Assembly: GCA_963696385.1 (NCBI GenBank)
Contig: CAVOKF010000002.1
Span: 32,001 to 96,000, forward strand
Length of the DNA: 64,000 bases
Source: an uncultured delta proteobacterium
GTDB taxonomy: Bacteria; Myxococcota_A; Polyangia; Polyangiales; Polyangiaceae
Direction: 5' to 3'
This document shows, in pieces, positions 33,507 through 44,033 of this stretch. The stretch's first letter is position 1. Each line of letters opens with the position of its first letter. The notes under the pieces were generated by a model. It was not told the DNA's origin. It saw only the letters and a program-made list of their open reading frames with translations, and did no database searches. The position numbers were made by a program, and so were the translations under genes.

Positions 33507-34285
33507 CACCGCTGCGCGTGTTGGTTGTCGACGACGAAATAGCCCGCCCGAAACTATCTGGTGCGATTGCTGCAACAGACTGGGCGCGCGGACGTCGTGG
33601 CCGCCGTCTCGACGGTCGAGGAGGCGCAGCAGGCGCTGGCGCCGGAGGCCGGCGCATCGGTCGACGCAGCATTTGTAGACGTGCGACTACGCTGTCCCGA
33701 GCGTGACGACGCGGGTCTAGCCTGGATCCGGAGCTTGGTCTCCACCACAGAGCCGCCGCTCTTCGTGCTTGCGACGGCCCACAAGAAGCACCCCGTCGAG
33801 GCCTTCGATCTCGGCGCGTCGACTTTTTACTCAAGCCGTTCACCTCGGCGCGCGTGCTGGCGTGCATGGATCGACTGACGGATCGGCGCCGTCCCGCACC
33901 GCGGATAGCACGGATACCCCAGCGCATCGCGGCGCGTCACGAGCACGTGATCGTCTTTGTCGACCTCGCAGAAGTCTGGGCGTGCGAAGCCGCCGAGAGG
34001 CTGACGTTCGTTCATTCAGCTCGAGGTCGCTTCGATCTTGACCTGACGCTATCGGCTATGCCCATGTCGCTCGGGCGCGGCTTGCTGCGCGTGCACGGCA
34101 ACTGGCTTGTGAATCCGTTGCGTGTCCTGGAGCTCGAGCGGGAGGCGGGCGAGACCACGTTGCTGGTGGGGTGCACGGAAGATGGTCGGACCGTCGGCGT
34201 GCGAGTGCCCGTCGCAAAGGACCGCGCCGCTGCCGTGCGCGATGCGCTGCCGTCGGTTGCGCCGGGTGTGCGACACTCCACTTGA
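33503..34285 (+). pseudogene. LytTR-family response regulator, frameshifted
   Basis: LRVLVVDDE, FVDVRL, VLATAH..VEAF, LRVHGNWLVN across three frames. Confidence 0.8.
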
Positions 34286-34386
34286 CCGTCAGAAGCCCCC
34301 TCCGAAGGGGAAGACCCACGTGCGGTCGTGGGACGAAAAGGGCAGGTAGTCGGATCAACCGCCGGGCTCACACGTGAGCATCCGAT

Positions 34387-35560
34387 TCACGGATCTCCCA
34401 CCAAGCCTGGCACCGGGATCGGCACGGCGCTGTAGGCTGCTTCACCCAACGACTCGCATTGGGCGGCGCCCCAGCAGACGACCCCGCCGCCATCCGCGAT
34501 GGCACACGCGGACGCCGCGCCCACGGAGACGGCGATCGCAGCGCTGCCCAGGTCGGGCACGGTAACCGGGGGATACGTCGGAACAACGCCGTCGCGTGTG
34601 TCATTGCCCCACGATTCGACGCTCCCCGCCCTCAACGCACAGGCGGACTGGGTGCCCACCGACACCGCCGTGACTCCGCTCGCCAGTCCGGACACGGCTT
34701 GCGGAATCGTGGCCGTAGCGCCCCCGATGTTTTGCATGAGAGCACCCCAGCATTCGATCTGCCCGCCGGTCGTGAGAGCGCAGGCGGACTGCTGTCCAAC
34801 GGAGATGGCCTCCACGCCGCTCTCAAGTCCCGTGACGGGGACCGGTGCCGCACTCGCCGCCGTCGAGTCGTTGCCGAGCTGACCGAAGTCGTTGCCGCCC
34901 CAGCACTCCACCCCGCCGCCGGCAGTCACGGCACAGGCCGAGTCGAACCCCACCGATACCGACGTCACGCCGCTCGGCAGACCGGCGACGGGCGACGGGG
35001 TCGCGAGATACGAATAGCCGCCAAGCTGAACGCCCCAGCACTCGACTTCGCCGCTGGCCGTCAATCCGCACGCAGACCCATCTCCGACCGACACGGCGAT
35101 GACCGCTCCGCTGAATCCAGCGATCGTCATCGTCAGCGCCGACGAGCCTCCGTCGCTCGCGGCCACGATGTCGCCCCAGCATTCCACTTCGCCGCTCGCG
35201 CTGGCGGCGCACGCCGAGTTGGTTCCGACGGAGAGCGAGAATCGGAGAGCTCGACAGGCCGCCGATGGGCACCGGAACCGCGCTCGAGACCAGCGAATCG
35301 TTCCCGAGCACCCCGTTCTGGTTGCACCCCCAGCACACGACCGCGCCTGCCGCCGTAAGAGCGCACGCGGCCGATGCTCCGATGGAGACCGCCACCGCCG
35401 TCAGCGGCTCCACGTGCTCTCCGGGTTCACGCTGGGCGCCCTTTTCGACCGGACCGTCGCCGATCACGCCGGAATCGTTCCCGCCAAGCTCGGCGCCGCG
35501 ATCGCTGCATGCAGGGAACGCCACGACAACCAAGACCCGCCAGCGCCAAGACAAGGCAGG
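34387..35560 (-). pseudogene. RCC1-repeat secreted protein, frameshifted
   Basis: Repeated SVG...ACA....G.V.CWG.N..GQLG. Confidence 0.8.
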
Positions 35561-35599
35561 CGGGCGCGCCCGACGGCGTCGCGCGCACGCCTCAAGCGA

Positions 35600-35762
35600 G
35601 CGGAACCGCGCTACGACGCGAAGCTGCTCCTCGAACTGTCGAACGGCCTGACTTACCGACGAGGCGGACACGTTGAGCTCGCGCGCCGCGGCGCTGAAGC
35701 TCCGCCTCGCGACGGCAAGGAATACGTGAAGCTGCGGCAGCAGGCTCGGGCTCAGCGGCATG
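35600..35762 (-). pseudogene. LysR regulator HTH fragment
   Basis: LHVFLAVARRSFSAAARELNVSASSVSQAVRQFEEQL. Confidence 0.75.
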
Positions 35763-35914
35763 ATTGTGAAGCATACCTTCAAGGCGCATTGCGATCGTGC
35801 GCGTAGCGAGAACGACGAACAGGTCGTACTTTCTGGGTCGGAGGCGAGAGGAGACATGACCAAGATCGAAGGAAAGGTCGTCGTCACGGCGCCAGCAGTG
35901 GGGTTGGCGTGTCA

Positions 35915-36249
35915 GTGATCGACGAGTACCTGGCCACCCTCACCGGAGACCAGCGCGCGGCGCTCGATAAGCTCCGGAAGACGATACGTCCATCCTTCCA
36001 CTAGCCGAGGAGTGCATCAGCTACGGGATGCCGGCGTTTCGGCTCGATGGAAGAGTCGTCGCTGGATTCCAGGCTACGGCCAAGGGCTGCTCCTACTACC
36101 CATTCAGTGGAGCGACCTTGCAGACTCTCGGCGGGGACCTGAAGAGCTACGGCCACACCAATAGCGCCCTTCATTTCCGCCGTGACAAGCCCTTGCCATC
36201 GACACTCGTCCGCAAGCTGATCAAGGCACGCATCGCCGAGCCCCGATAG
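35915..36249 (+). pseudogene. DUF1801 (YdhG-like) protein, frameshifted
   Basis: IDEYLA...LRKTI / EECISYGMPAF...YPFS...LVRKLIKARI. Confidence 0.7.
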
Positions 36250-36802
36250 TTTCCAGGCGGGTCTGCGGTCCCATGCGGGACGAGCTTCGAACTCCTGCCG
36301 GTAAGCCCACCGCCGACCCACCGAATCGTTTTCCGGAGCCGGGCAGAGGTTGCCAAGGCAACCGGCCCCGAGGATGCGTTCCTCGCGCGTGGTGTCGTGA
36401 GCGGCCAATCATTAGGCAACCGAGGGATGTTGCCATCCCTGGCCCTTACGGAACCGAGCGCGTCCGCTAGGACGGGCCGGAGCGCGCTGCGATCGCCGCC
36501 TCATCGATGGCGCGCAGGATACGCCGCGCGTGGTCGAGGAACCGCTCGCCCGACGGCAAGAGGCGCACGCCGCGCGGCGTACGCTCGAGGAGCGGCGCGC
36601 CGAGCTCGTCTTCGACGTCTCGGGTTTCCTTTCGCCGCGCTGCGTTCGGTCTCTGGTCGCAAAGCGACCAAATTCCAGCAGCCGCGTCTTTTCGTGTGCT
36701 TTCGGCAAACGTGCGTGAACCTATGACCGCGGACCGCTACTTTCGGCGGGGGGAGGCCCCTGAACCACCGGCGCGGGGGGGCGCCGCGCAACGAGCGAGC
36801 GT

Positions 36803-36900
36803 TTAGGCCCCGCAACAGCGCTTAAACTCTTTTCCCGAGCCGCAGGGGCACGTCGCATTGCGTCCGACCTTGGTCGCGGCGACGACGACGTTCTGGGGGT
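36803..36900 (-). pseudogene. SEC-C motif C-terminal fragment
   Basis: KVGRNATCPCGSGKEFKRCCG. Confidence 0.7.
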
Positions 36901-37057
36901 GCACGTGCGATGCGGCTCCGCCGCCCTCTCGAGCGACACGTCGCATGCGTTGGAACCGTTGGCGTAGTCGGTCCACACCGTAGCCGTCGAGCAACTCGCG
37001 CCAGAGGCGTTGGACCCGCGAGGACCGTGGACGTTGGGAGCTTGGAGGCGGCGAACC

Positions 37058-37170
37058 GAGCGAATAGTCGCTCCAAAGCGTATCGGCCAACGAAGAGACC
37101 GGGAAACCGCCGCAGTCACATAAGATCCCTTTGGGGCGCTCGTTCTCACTGAAACAGCGGACCGATTTGG
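37058..37170 (+). repeat. dif-like repeat copy B
   Basis: gagcgaatag...cgaagag...cagtcacataa-gatccc-tttggggcgct; ungapped 84-bp match to copy A. Confidence 0.85.
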
Positions 37171-37399
37171 TCCGGGCGGACGACTCGCGCGGTACGGTCG
37201 ACGGGTGCTTGACGTCGTGCTGGCGGTGACCTGCGTCATCGCCATCGTCCATTCGGCAAGGCAGCGGTTCGTATTCGGGATCGCGTGCGCAATGGCGATC
37301 GTCTACGGACTCGTCGCGTCGGCGTTTTGCGTAATGACCGCTGTCCGGCGCGGAGTGGTCGGCGCGGAGTACGCGTTCGGCCTTCTTTTCCTCGAGATG

Positions 37400-37840
37400 G
37401 CGATACGCTTGGGGCTCGAGGTGACGCTGGCGATCGTGCAGACCAACACGGTCGGGCACACTCGAGCGGGTGGCTTCCACCGCCTCGCCTTCCAGCCGAC
37501 GTTCGACGGACAGGTCGAGGCCGGACGCGATCACGTCCTCGTGGACGATCACGTCGGCCTTGGTAGCACTCTCGCGAACCTTCGGGGCCACATCGAGAGC
37601 CGCGGCGGTACGGTCGTCTTGGCGACCACGCTGAGCGCGAGCCGTCGCAGTGAGGTGCTTGCGCTTCGCGCCGGGACGCTTCACTCTCTCTCTGACAAGC
37701 ATGGCGAACTCGACAAATACTGGCGGAACCACGTCGGCTTCGGCATCGACGTCCTCACCGAGGCCGAGGCCGGCTATCTCCTGCGCGCCCCGTCCGTTGA
37801 CGCCATCCGAGCTGGAGTGGCTCAGGCGAGAGGGGGCTGA
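37400..37840 (+). pseudogene. Phosphoribosyltransferase-like C-terminal fragment
   Basis: HVLVDDHVGLGSTL PRPP-loop-like motif. Confidence 0.55.
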
Positions 37841-38016
37841 GTTCCAGGCCGAGTATGCCGCCATCCGCGCCCGCATTGGTCATCCGGTGGATGCGCAGGC
37901 GGCGCGCTCTCGGGGCTGATCGGAACCAGAACCAGGCGGCGGTGCTGAGTTGGCTCCTTTCGTCGTCGTCTCCCCCACGCCGCGGCTGTCCTCGCTCCTT
38001 GGGCTGTCCGCCGGCT

Positions 38017-38352
38017 TCAGGCAGCGGCGCGGTAGTCATGATGAAGGCCGCCGAGCACGGGGATGGCCTCGACCGGGCCAGCAAACTTGGCTCGGGAGCG
38101 TTCCGTGCGGACCGGAGCCTGCTGGCCGATGCCCTGGTGAGGCCGAGCCGGGTTGAAGTAGCTCAGGGCATACTCGGCGAGGAGATACCGCAGGTGCCGC
38201 TCCGACAGGATGATCACGTGGTCGAGGCACTCGCGGCGGACGCTACCCAAGAAGCGTTCGCACACCGCATTCATCAGGGGCGCCCGGACCGCGGTGTGCA
38301 GGACGCGCGTCCCGACGCCCGCGGCGACGCGGTCGAAGACGGCTCCGAACTG
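38017..38352 (-). pseudogene. rve integrase-core IS transposase 3' fragment
   Basis: MNAVCERFLGSVRRECLDH...RPHQG...LGGLHHDYR; paralog of 53418-53924. Confidence 0.85.
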
Positions 38353-38489
38353 CCCAGGTCAAACCCCGAGTACGTGGCGCACCCTCGCCATCGCCCGCCA
38401 GAATCTCGGAGGCTCGTCCGTGACCGACTTCAGAACCGCGGAACATGGGCTTTTTTGCCGCGTTTGCCGCGTTTCTGTTCGCGATCCAG

Positions 38490-38600
38490 GAGCGAGTAGG
38501 CGGCGCAAAGCTTGTCGGCCGACGAAGAGACGCGGAAACCGTCGCGGCCACATAAAAATCGCCTTTGGGGCGTTCAAAGCGCCGTCCCAATTGAGCAACG
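38490..38600 (+). repeat. dif-like repeat copy C (8-bp spacer)
   Basis: gagcgagtag...cgacgaagag...cggccacataa-aaatcgcc-tttggggcgtt. Confidence 0.85.
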
Positions 38601-38674
38601 CCCGCGCGCACTAACAGCTGCGCTGACGAGGAAGCCGCGAAGGCGCTTTCTACGCAAGCGAGGAGACCTGAACC

Positions 38675-38870
38675 ATGGCCAAAGCGACGACGGCGGCGAA
38701 GAAACCCCTTTCGAAGAGCGCAATCCTGCAAGCCGTGACGGAGGCGGGGCGGCGAGGAAATCTCGCGCAAGCAGGTCAAGCAGGTGATCGAAACGCTCGT
38801 GGAAGTGGGTCACCGGGAACTCAAGAAAACCGGCATCTTCGTGCTGCCCGGATTCGCCAAGTTCGTACCC
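38675..38870 (+). pseudogene. HU-family DNA-binding protein, frameshifted and truncated
   Basis: KPLSKSAILQAVTEA / SRKQVKQVIETL...ELKKTGIFVLPGFAKF. Confidence 0.75.
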
Positions 38871-39006
38871 AAGCCGTGATCACAGCGCCATCTCCATCAA
38901 CGAGCACGATCGTCGCGTTCTGGTTGGTTCTTGCGGACTGCCGCGGGCCCGCCGCATTTCGCTTCGCGCAGACCGCCCAAACGCTGAGCAACCCCGGCTA
39001 TGAGTA

Positions 39007-40665
39007 TCAGGGGGTCCGCGCGCACCGGAAGCCCTTGTAGGTATCCGCGTTGAGCGGGGGGGCCCCTTGAAATTCGTGAGGGGAGCAGCCAACCCACCAG
39101 TCGCAACCCTGGACGCTTCGACTGTACTGCTCGGGCGGCGCGGGGACCAACCCCAGATACGCGCAATCGCGGCCCGGACAAGGGTACGACGAGGGAAATA
39201 CGTCCAGGGTCCACTCCAGTTCCTCTCCGACCATGTCGAGTTGACCCCAGTAGGCGGCACCCTGTAGCGCGGTTCCCACCGGCGCAACGGAGCACGAACC
39301 GACGGACCACCCCTCACTGCAGTCGAAGTCACACTGGCCGATCTGACCGCAACCGAGGTTGAACTCGCCGCAGGAGCTGGGACCGCAGGCCCTGAAGTTA
39401 GGCACACACCCACTCCCGGCGGTCGGCGCCGGAACGGGCTCGGGATAGTCGCAATCGACAATCGCGTACTCGGGACTCCATACCGCAGTCAGTTCGTTTC
39501 CGGCATCATAAGCGTCCGGACCTGTCGAGCCCCAAGGGTATTCGCGCTCCTGGCTGCCGCCCACGGCGGCGTAGTCCCATTCCGCTGCGCTCGGCAAAAA
39601 CCCGCCATCCCAAATGCAGAACGCATACGCCTGGTACCAGGTGATGCCGGTGGCCGGTAGGTTTTCCGGACTGCCCGCCGTGATCGGCCAAGTGGCACTC
39701 ACGAGCGAGCTCCAAGAAACCCCAACCGGCGCCAGTAGCGCGTTCCAGTCGGTCGCGTCCCAGCCGGTCTCGTACACCGGTTGCTGAGATTGGGTCACGG
39801 CGCTCGCATTGACCAATCCGAGACCCCCATTCACGTGCGTGTGCTTGCCGCTGCCGTTCGCAGGCGGAGCGCCGGAGGCGCCAGCGACGTAGTTCACGTA
39901 CTGCCGGAACCGGCCCGCCGTAACGAGATACTTGTCCAGACGAAAACCACTCACCGTGACCGGGGGGCCCTCCACGAGCGCTCCCGCGTCGGTGACGGTC
40001 GGGTTACTGTTCGCTGGAGCGGGCGCAGCGGACGCGGCGGCAACGCGGTAGTACGTCCCGCCCGGGACTTCCAGGCTCGTGCAGCAGCTTTCGGTTCCGC
40101 TGCCGCCCGGACCGCAATTGGTCATGCCGGGCCCACCGGGGGCGCAACTCGGGGCGACGGTCGTCGAGCCAACGCAGGCGCCATCGACGCAGTCCCCCGT
40201 GAAGCACGTCCATACATTCCCCCATCCGCCGTCGGGGCCGCAGGTCTCGACGGCGTTGCCCACGCACTGCGTGGCCATCGGTGTGCAGACCGCCGACTCT
40301 TCGGTCGCGGCGTCCGCGGTTGGGGCGTCCGCGGTTGGGGCGTCCGCGGTTGGGGCGTCCGCGGTTGGGGCGTCCGCGGTTGGGGCGTCCGCGGTTGCGG
40401 CGTCCGCGGTTGGGGCGTCCGCGGTTGCGGCGTCCGCGCTTCCGGCGTCGGCAGTTGTGGCGTCCGCACTTCCGGTCGATCCCCAAGCACTCGAGAAACC
40501 GCTGGAGCTCGGGCTGCCGATCGATCCGCTTGAGGCGGGCGCGCTTGCGCCGGAGCGGCTGGGGGCCAGCGCCGAATCCGACGGCCCCAACGTGGGCTCT
40601 TCAGCGACTAGACCGCAACCGAAAAGCACGAGGGCGACCGCGCCCGAAACGCAAACTCGGCCCAT
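39007..40665 (-). CDS. FGE-sulfatase/SUMF1 (C-type-lectin-fold) lipoprotein
   Basis: Lipobox LFGC; FRLDKYLVT, AFCIWDGGFLPSAAEW, YPWG, GFRCAR. Confidence 0.88.
   Translation of the reverse strand: MGRVCVSGAVALVLFGCGLVAEEPTLGPSDSALAPSRSGASAPASSGSIGSPSSSGFSSAWGSTGSADATTADAGSADAATADAPTADAATADAPTADAPTADAPTADAPTADAPTADAATEESAVCTPMATQCVGNAVETCGPDGGWGNVWTCFTGDCVDGACVGSTTVAPSCAPGGPGMTNCGPGGSGTESCCTSLEVPGGTYYRVAAASAAPAPANSNPTVTDAGALVEGPPVTVSGFRLDKYLVTAGRFRQYVNYVAGASGAPPANGSGKHTHVNGGLGLVNASAVTQSQQPVYETGWDATDWNALLAPVGVSWSSLVSATWPITAGSPENLPATGITWYQAYAFCIWDGGFLPSAAEWDYAAVGGSQEREYPWGSTGPDAYDAGNELTAVWSPEYAIVDCDYPEPVPAPTAGSGCVPNFRACGPSSCGEFNLGCGQIGQCDFDCSEGWSVGSCSVAPVGTALQGAAYWGQLDMVGEELEWTLDVFPSSYPCPGRDCAYLGLVPAPPEQYSRSVQGCDWWVGCSPHEFQGAPPLNADTYKGFRCARTP
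40306..40470. repeat. 15-bp coding tandem repeat (ADAPT/ADAAT linker)
   Basis: gcgtccgcggttggg repeated about 8 times plus degenerate copies. Confidence 0.92.
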
Positions 40666-40754
40666 CTTCGGCAGTGGCGGCAGACCCGGATAACGGCGCG
40701 CCCAATCGTTCCTCGACTTGATTACTTACCCAGACCTCTATGTAGGTCGTGTCG

Positions 40755-41496
40755 CTACACGTCATGCCGACTCGCCGGCGTCGCCGTGCATGCTCCTGCG
40801 CTGCAGTACGGCGTAGCCGCCGGGCACGCCACCGCAGTTGCCCAGCCGGTGCACCCGTTGGATTGCGTCGCGCACGTCTCGAGCCCGCCCGTCACGCACT
40901 GACCGGCTCCGATCGTGCACGCGTTGGTGCAACACGCTCCGGCACTGCATGCGCCGTTGCTGCACGGCGTCGATGCTGACTCGTAGAAGCACCCCTGCGC
41001 GTCCATCGCGCAGGTCACCAAGGTGGACGTCGTCGCGCACACGTTCCCCAAGGCCGTGCAGGTCGCGCCGGCGTTGCAGGTGCACGCCGCCCCCCCAGCG
41101 CTTGTCGTGCAGCTCTGATGCGCGCCGCGCGCCACCGCCGTCCCCCACTGGCCGTTCGACCCGCACATCTCGACGCCCGTGCCCGGGCACCGCGTGCCCG
41201 TGGGCGTGCACGCCGTCGAGCTGTTCGATGCGGAACTGCTGCTCGAACTGGAAGCGCTCGAGCTGGCGCCATTGGCGCCTGAACCGCTCGTGGCGGAGGA
41301 ACTGCTTGAGCCGGCCGCGCTGACGCCTGAGCTCATCGTCGAGCCTGGCTGCGGCTATGCTCTGCCCGGACGCGCCGCCGTCCAATTCGGACGTTGAAGT
41401 GCCGCCAAGTAGACCGGTTCTGGAGCCGCACCCGGCCAGAACCGAGACTGCGGCCGTCATCGCCCGCATCCGCGTTTGGAATCGGGCCGCCTTCAT
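40755..41496 (-). pseudogene. Cys-rich lipoprotein, frameshifted and 3'-truncated
   Basis: N-terminus MKAARFQTRMRAMTAA..LAGC is homologous to the gene starting at 57969; Cys repeats lie in a second frame. Confidence 0.65.
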
Positions 41497-41644
41497 TCCC
41501 CTGCCGAGCACTATCCCGTGAGTGGAGAGCGAGCGCAAGGACGGGCGCGAGGTTCGGCTCGAGAGCCGATCGCTACTCGTCGCTCGTCTTCAGGTTGCCT
41601 CCTTCTCCCGGATTAACCCATGCCATCGCGCTCGGAATCCCCGC

Positions 41645-41994
41645 TCAAGCCCTCAGCACGGCTTGCACTCTTGCTCTCTCTCCCACCAGAATCTCGAACG
41701 CTCGGCCGAGACCGACCTCGGCCGCAACCGCCTTGAGCAGGGACTCGACGGACCCGGCGCTCACGCCACTCTTCGCCACAGCGTGCGCGACCGGTGCCTT
41801 GACGGGTGCGGCTGCCTTCGCCGCCGCCTTGCTCGCGGCCGCTTTGGCGGCTCCGCGAACGTCGTAGACGTAGGTGTCCGTGAGGGCGATGCCGGCCGCT
41901 TTGGCCTTGGCGACCACGCCTTTGGCGGACAACCGGGGATCCGCGGAACGTACAAAGTCGGCTTTGGTCTGCTTGGGGGCTGTTTGGCTGTCAT
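41645..41994 (-). CDS. Small Lys/Ala-rich basic protein, putative DNA-binding; 5' frameshift
   Basis: TKADFVRS..LSAKGVVAKAKAAGIALTDTYVYDVR..LLKAVAAEVGLGRA; GAGGAG upstream of ATG 41994. Confidence 0.55.
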
Positions 41995-42008
41995 GTTCAA
42001 TCTCCTCG

Positions 42009-42131
42009 GAGCGAGTAGGCGTCGCAAAGCCTGCCGGTCGACGAAGAGCCGCGGAAGCCGCCGCGGAAACATATCGCGTCTTAATCGCGTCTTAGGAGCG
42101 TCCGTTGTCGCTGAAGCGGCGAAAGATTTGG
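42009..42131 (+). repeat. dif-like repeat copy D with internal 11-bp duplication
   Basis: gagcgagtag...cgacgaagag...cggaaacat, then atcgcgtctta twice (42073-42094), then ggagcgtcc. Confidence 0.8.
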
Positions 42132-42452
42132 CGCTCGCGGGTGATCGAACAGGCCCACGCGCGGCTCGGGGTCGCCCGCGAGTCCGCGCGACCTTCATCG
42201 GTCATCGCAGACTATCGGCCCGAAACGTCCGACCGGCCGCGCGCCCTTCGCTTGTGCGCAGTCGCCGCAATAGGATCCGGCTGTCGCGGTGCGCCCGGAC
42301 GGAGCTCAACTCGACCGCGCGACTTGCTGTGGCATAGGCCTTGCTGTCATGCGGGAGCATGGAAGCAGCCGGGGGTTGTTCGAGGCGGCTGCGCGTCCAC
42401 GAGGCGGACGGCGAGCGCCCTCTCCCCGCCCTGAATCTCTCTGCCGCTCGCG

Positions 42453-42974
42453 TTGCTGTTTCTCGGGGCCGGCGCCTGCGGCCCCCCGTGTGGTGACCAG
42501 CCGGCGTGCAAGTTCGTCAATCTGCTGACGGAGTGCTTGTCGGCGCCGGACTGTCCTGTGAGCGGCGCCGGAGTGAAGGTGTTGCCGGGCGCGAACCCTC
42601 CCGACGCTGGGGCTCTTCAGACTATGGGCTCCAATGTCTCAATGACCCTCGTGAGCATGTTTCAAAATGACTCGATTGAGGTTCCCTTCGCAGAGAGCGC
42701 CGCCACGATTGCGGCGCTGCCGATCCTCGACATTCAGGTCCTGGGGGTGGTCTTCGGGAGCGCCGACCAGGTCTCCGTGCTCATCAACGGTCAGCCCTGG
42801 ATCGGGTGCGAGCCGCAGCACTTCAACGGGACCTCCGAAGAGTGGAAGTGCCCTCTCCCGGCGGGTACCCAGACCCTTGGGCTGCGAACGCAGGCGGCCG
42901 GCTTCGAAGCGGCGACGATCGCCCTGACCGAGGCCACCTGCACCGGCCACCAGTATGTCGTCTGTGGCGATTGA
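42453..42974 (+). CDS. Hypothetical secreted lipoprotein (start uncertain)
   Basis: AGAC lipobox-like motif; Cys-containing ORF with coding-like composition. Confidence 0.5.
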   Translation: MLFLGAGACGPPCGDQPACKFVNLLTECLSAPDCPVSGAGVKVLPGANPPDAGALQTMGSNVSMTLVSMFQNDSIEVPFAESAATIAALPILDIQVLGVVFGSADQVSVLINGQPWIGCEPQHFNGTSEEWKCPLPAGTQTLGLRTQAAGFEAATIALTEATCTGHQYVVCGD

Positions 42975-43133
42975 GGGGGCGCGGGTGCATGGCATCGCGG
43001 TCGCCGTCTCTCTCGCGACCCGCACCCGACGCACATGTTGAAGCGTTCGGGCAGTGCGTCGAGTTCTCTCTCGACCCGATGGTCGAGGGATTCACGCCCT
43101 TCGCCAACTTGGATGGCGGCTACGTCCTTGCTG

Positions 43134-43161
43134 AAATCCGATAAGGCGTTTTACGATGACT
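43134..43161 (+). repeat. dif-like site I (degenerate accessory segment)
   Basis: aaatccgataa-ggcgtt-ttacgatgact; same spacer as copy A. Confidence 0.6.
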
Positions 43162-43331
43162 CGCCGGGCCTTCTTGGCTCGACCCCGTTGCACTCCTTAT
43201 CCGCACGTAAAGCACCTCAGCGGATTTCAACGACGGCAGGACGCGGTCCTGATTTGGCTGCTCGCAACGATAGCCCGAACGTCGCGATCGGAGCTGGCCG
43301 GCTCCACCCTTTCTTAGCTCGATCGTTCGCG

Positions 43332-43422
43332 GCGAGTAGTAAACCCAAAGCACGTCGGTCGACGAAGACCTGCGGGAAGCCACCGCGGTCACATATATGC
43401 AATAGGCGATTCTGCGACTGCG
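43332..43422 (+). repeat. dif-like repeat copy E
   Basis: gcgagtagtaaaccc...cggtcacatat-atgcaa-taggcgattct. Confidence 0.85.
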
Positions 43423-43940
43423 CCGGGTGACGCATGCGAGGAGCGCGGACGGGAGACGGCGCAGTTGCTCAATCGACCGGTTGGACGGAGCCGGTGCGCG
43501 GCAGAGACCGGGCGCTTCCGGAGGCCGTCTTGGCGGGGCCGCTATGGGGAAAGAGGCCGTACGGGTTCGGTCCGCGGCTGCGGGCTGGCTGGTGGCGTTC
43601 GCGTGGGTAGCGCAGGCAGAGGCGGGCGCGCGCGCCGAGGGGGGCCGACCGCGGTCCCAACCGGCGAGAATGGGTCGACCGATCCGCGCGCCGAGTGGGT
43701 ACGCCGTCGCGAGCGCACACGTCGCCCCGGCCGCGCCGAGGGCACAGTTGGGCGTGGTTGCCGACGCTTCGTTGCGGTCACGCGGCCTCCGGCGGCGCGC
43801 GCGCGAGGGCGTGGGGATCGTCGAGGGGCCGACGCACGACGGCGAGTGCGCCGCAGGCGGGGCATCGACGCACGTCGATGCCGGTCAAGTGTCGCAGCAG
43901 CTCTTGCCAGGGCAGCGCGGCATCGGGCGCGCCCAATAGG

Positions 43941-44033
43941 GAGCGAGTAGTAAACCCAAAGCACGTCGGTCGACGAAGAGCTGCGGGAAGCCACCGCGGT
44001 CACATATCGCATCTTATGACGCGTCCGTTGCCA
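43941..44033 (+). repeat. dif-like repeat copy F (3' exon of the group II intron)
   Basis: cggtcacatat-cgcatc-ttatgacgcgt; 64/65 identical to copy E over 43943-44007. Confidence 0.85.

Noticed and set aside
40306..40470. 15-bp tandem repeat as a regulatory array or iterons
   Set aside because: It is in frame inside a CDS and encodes an ADAPT linker.
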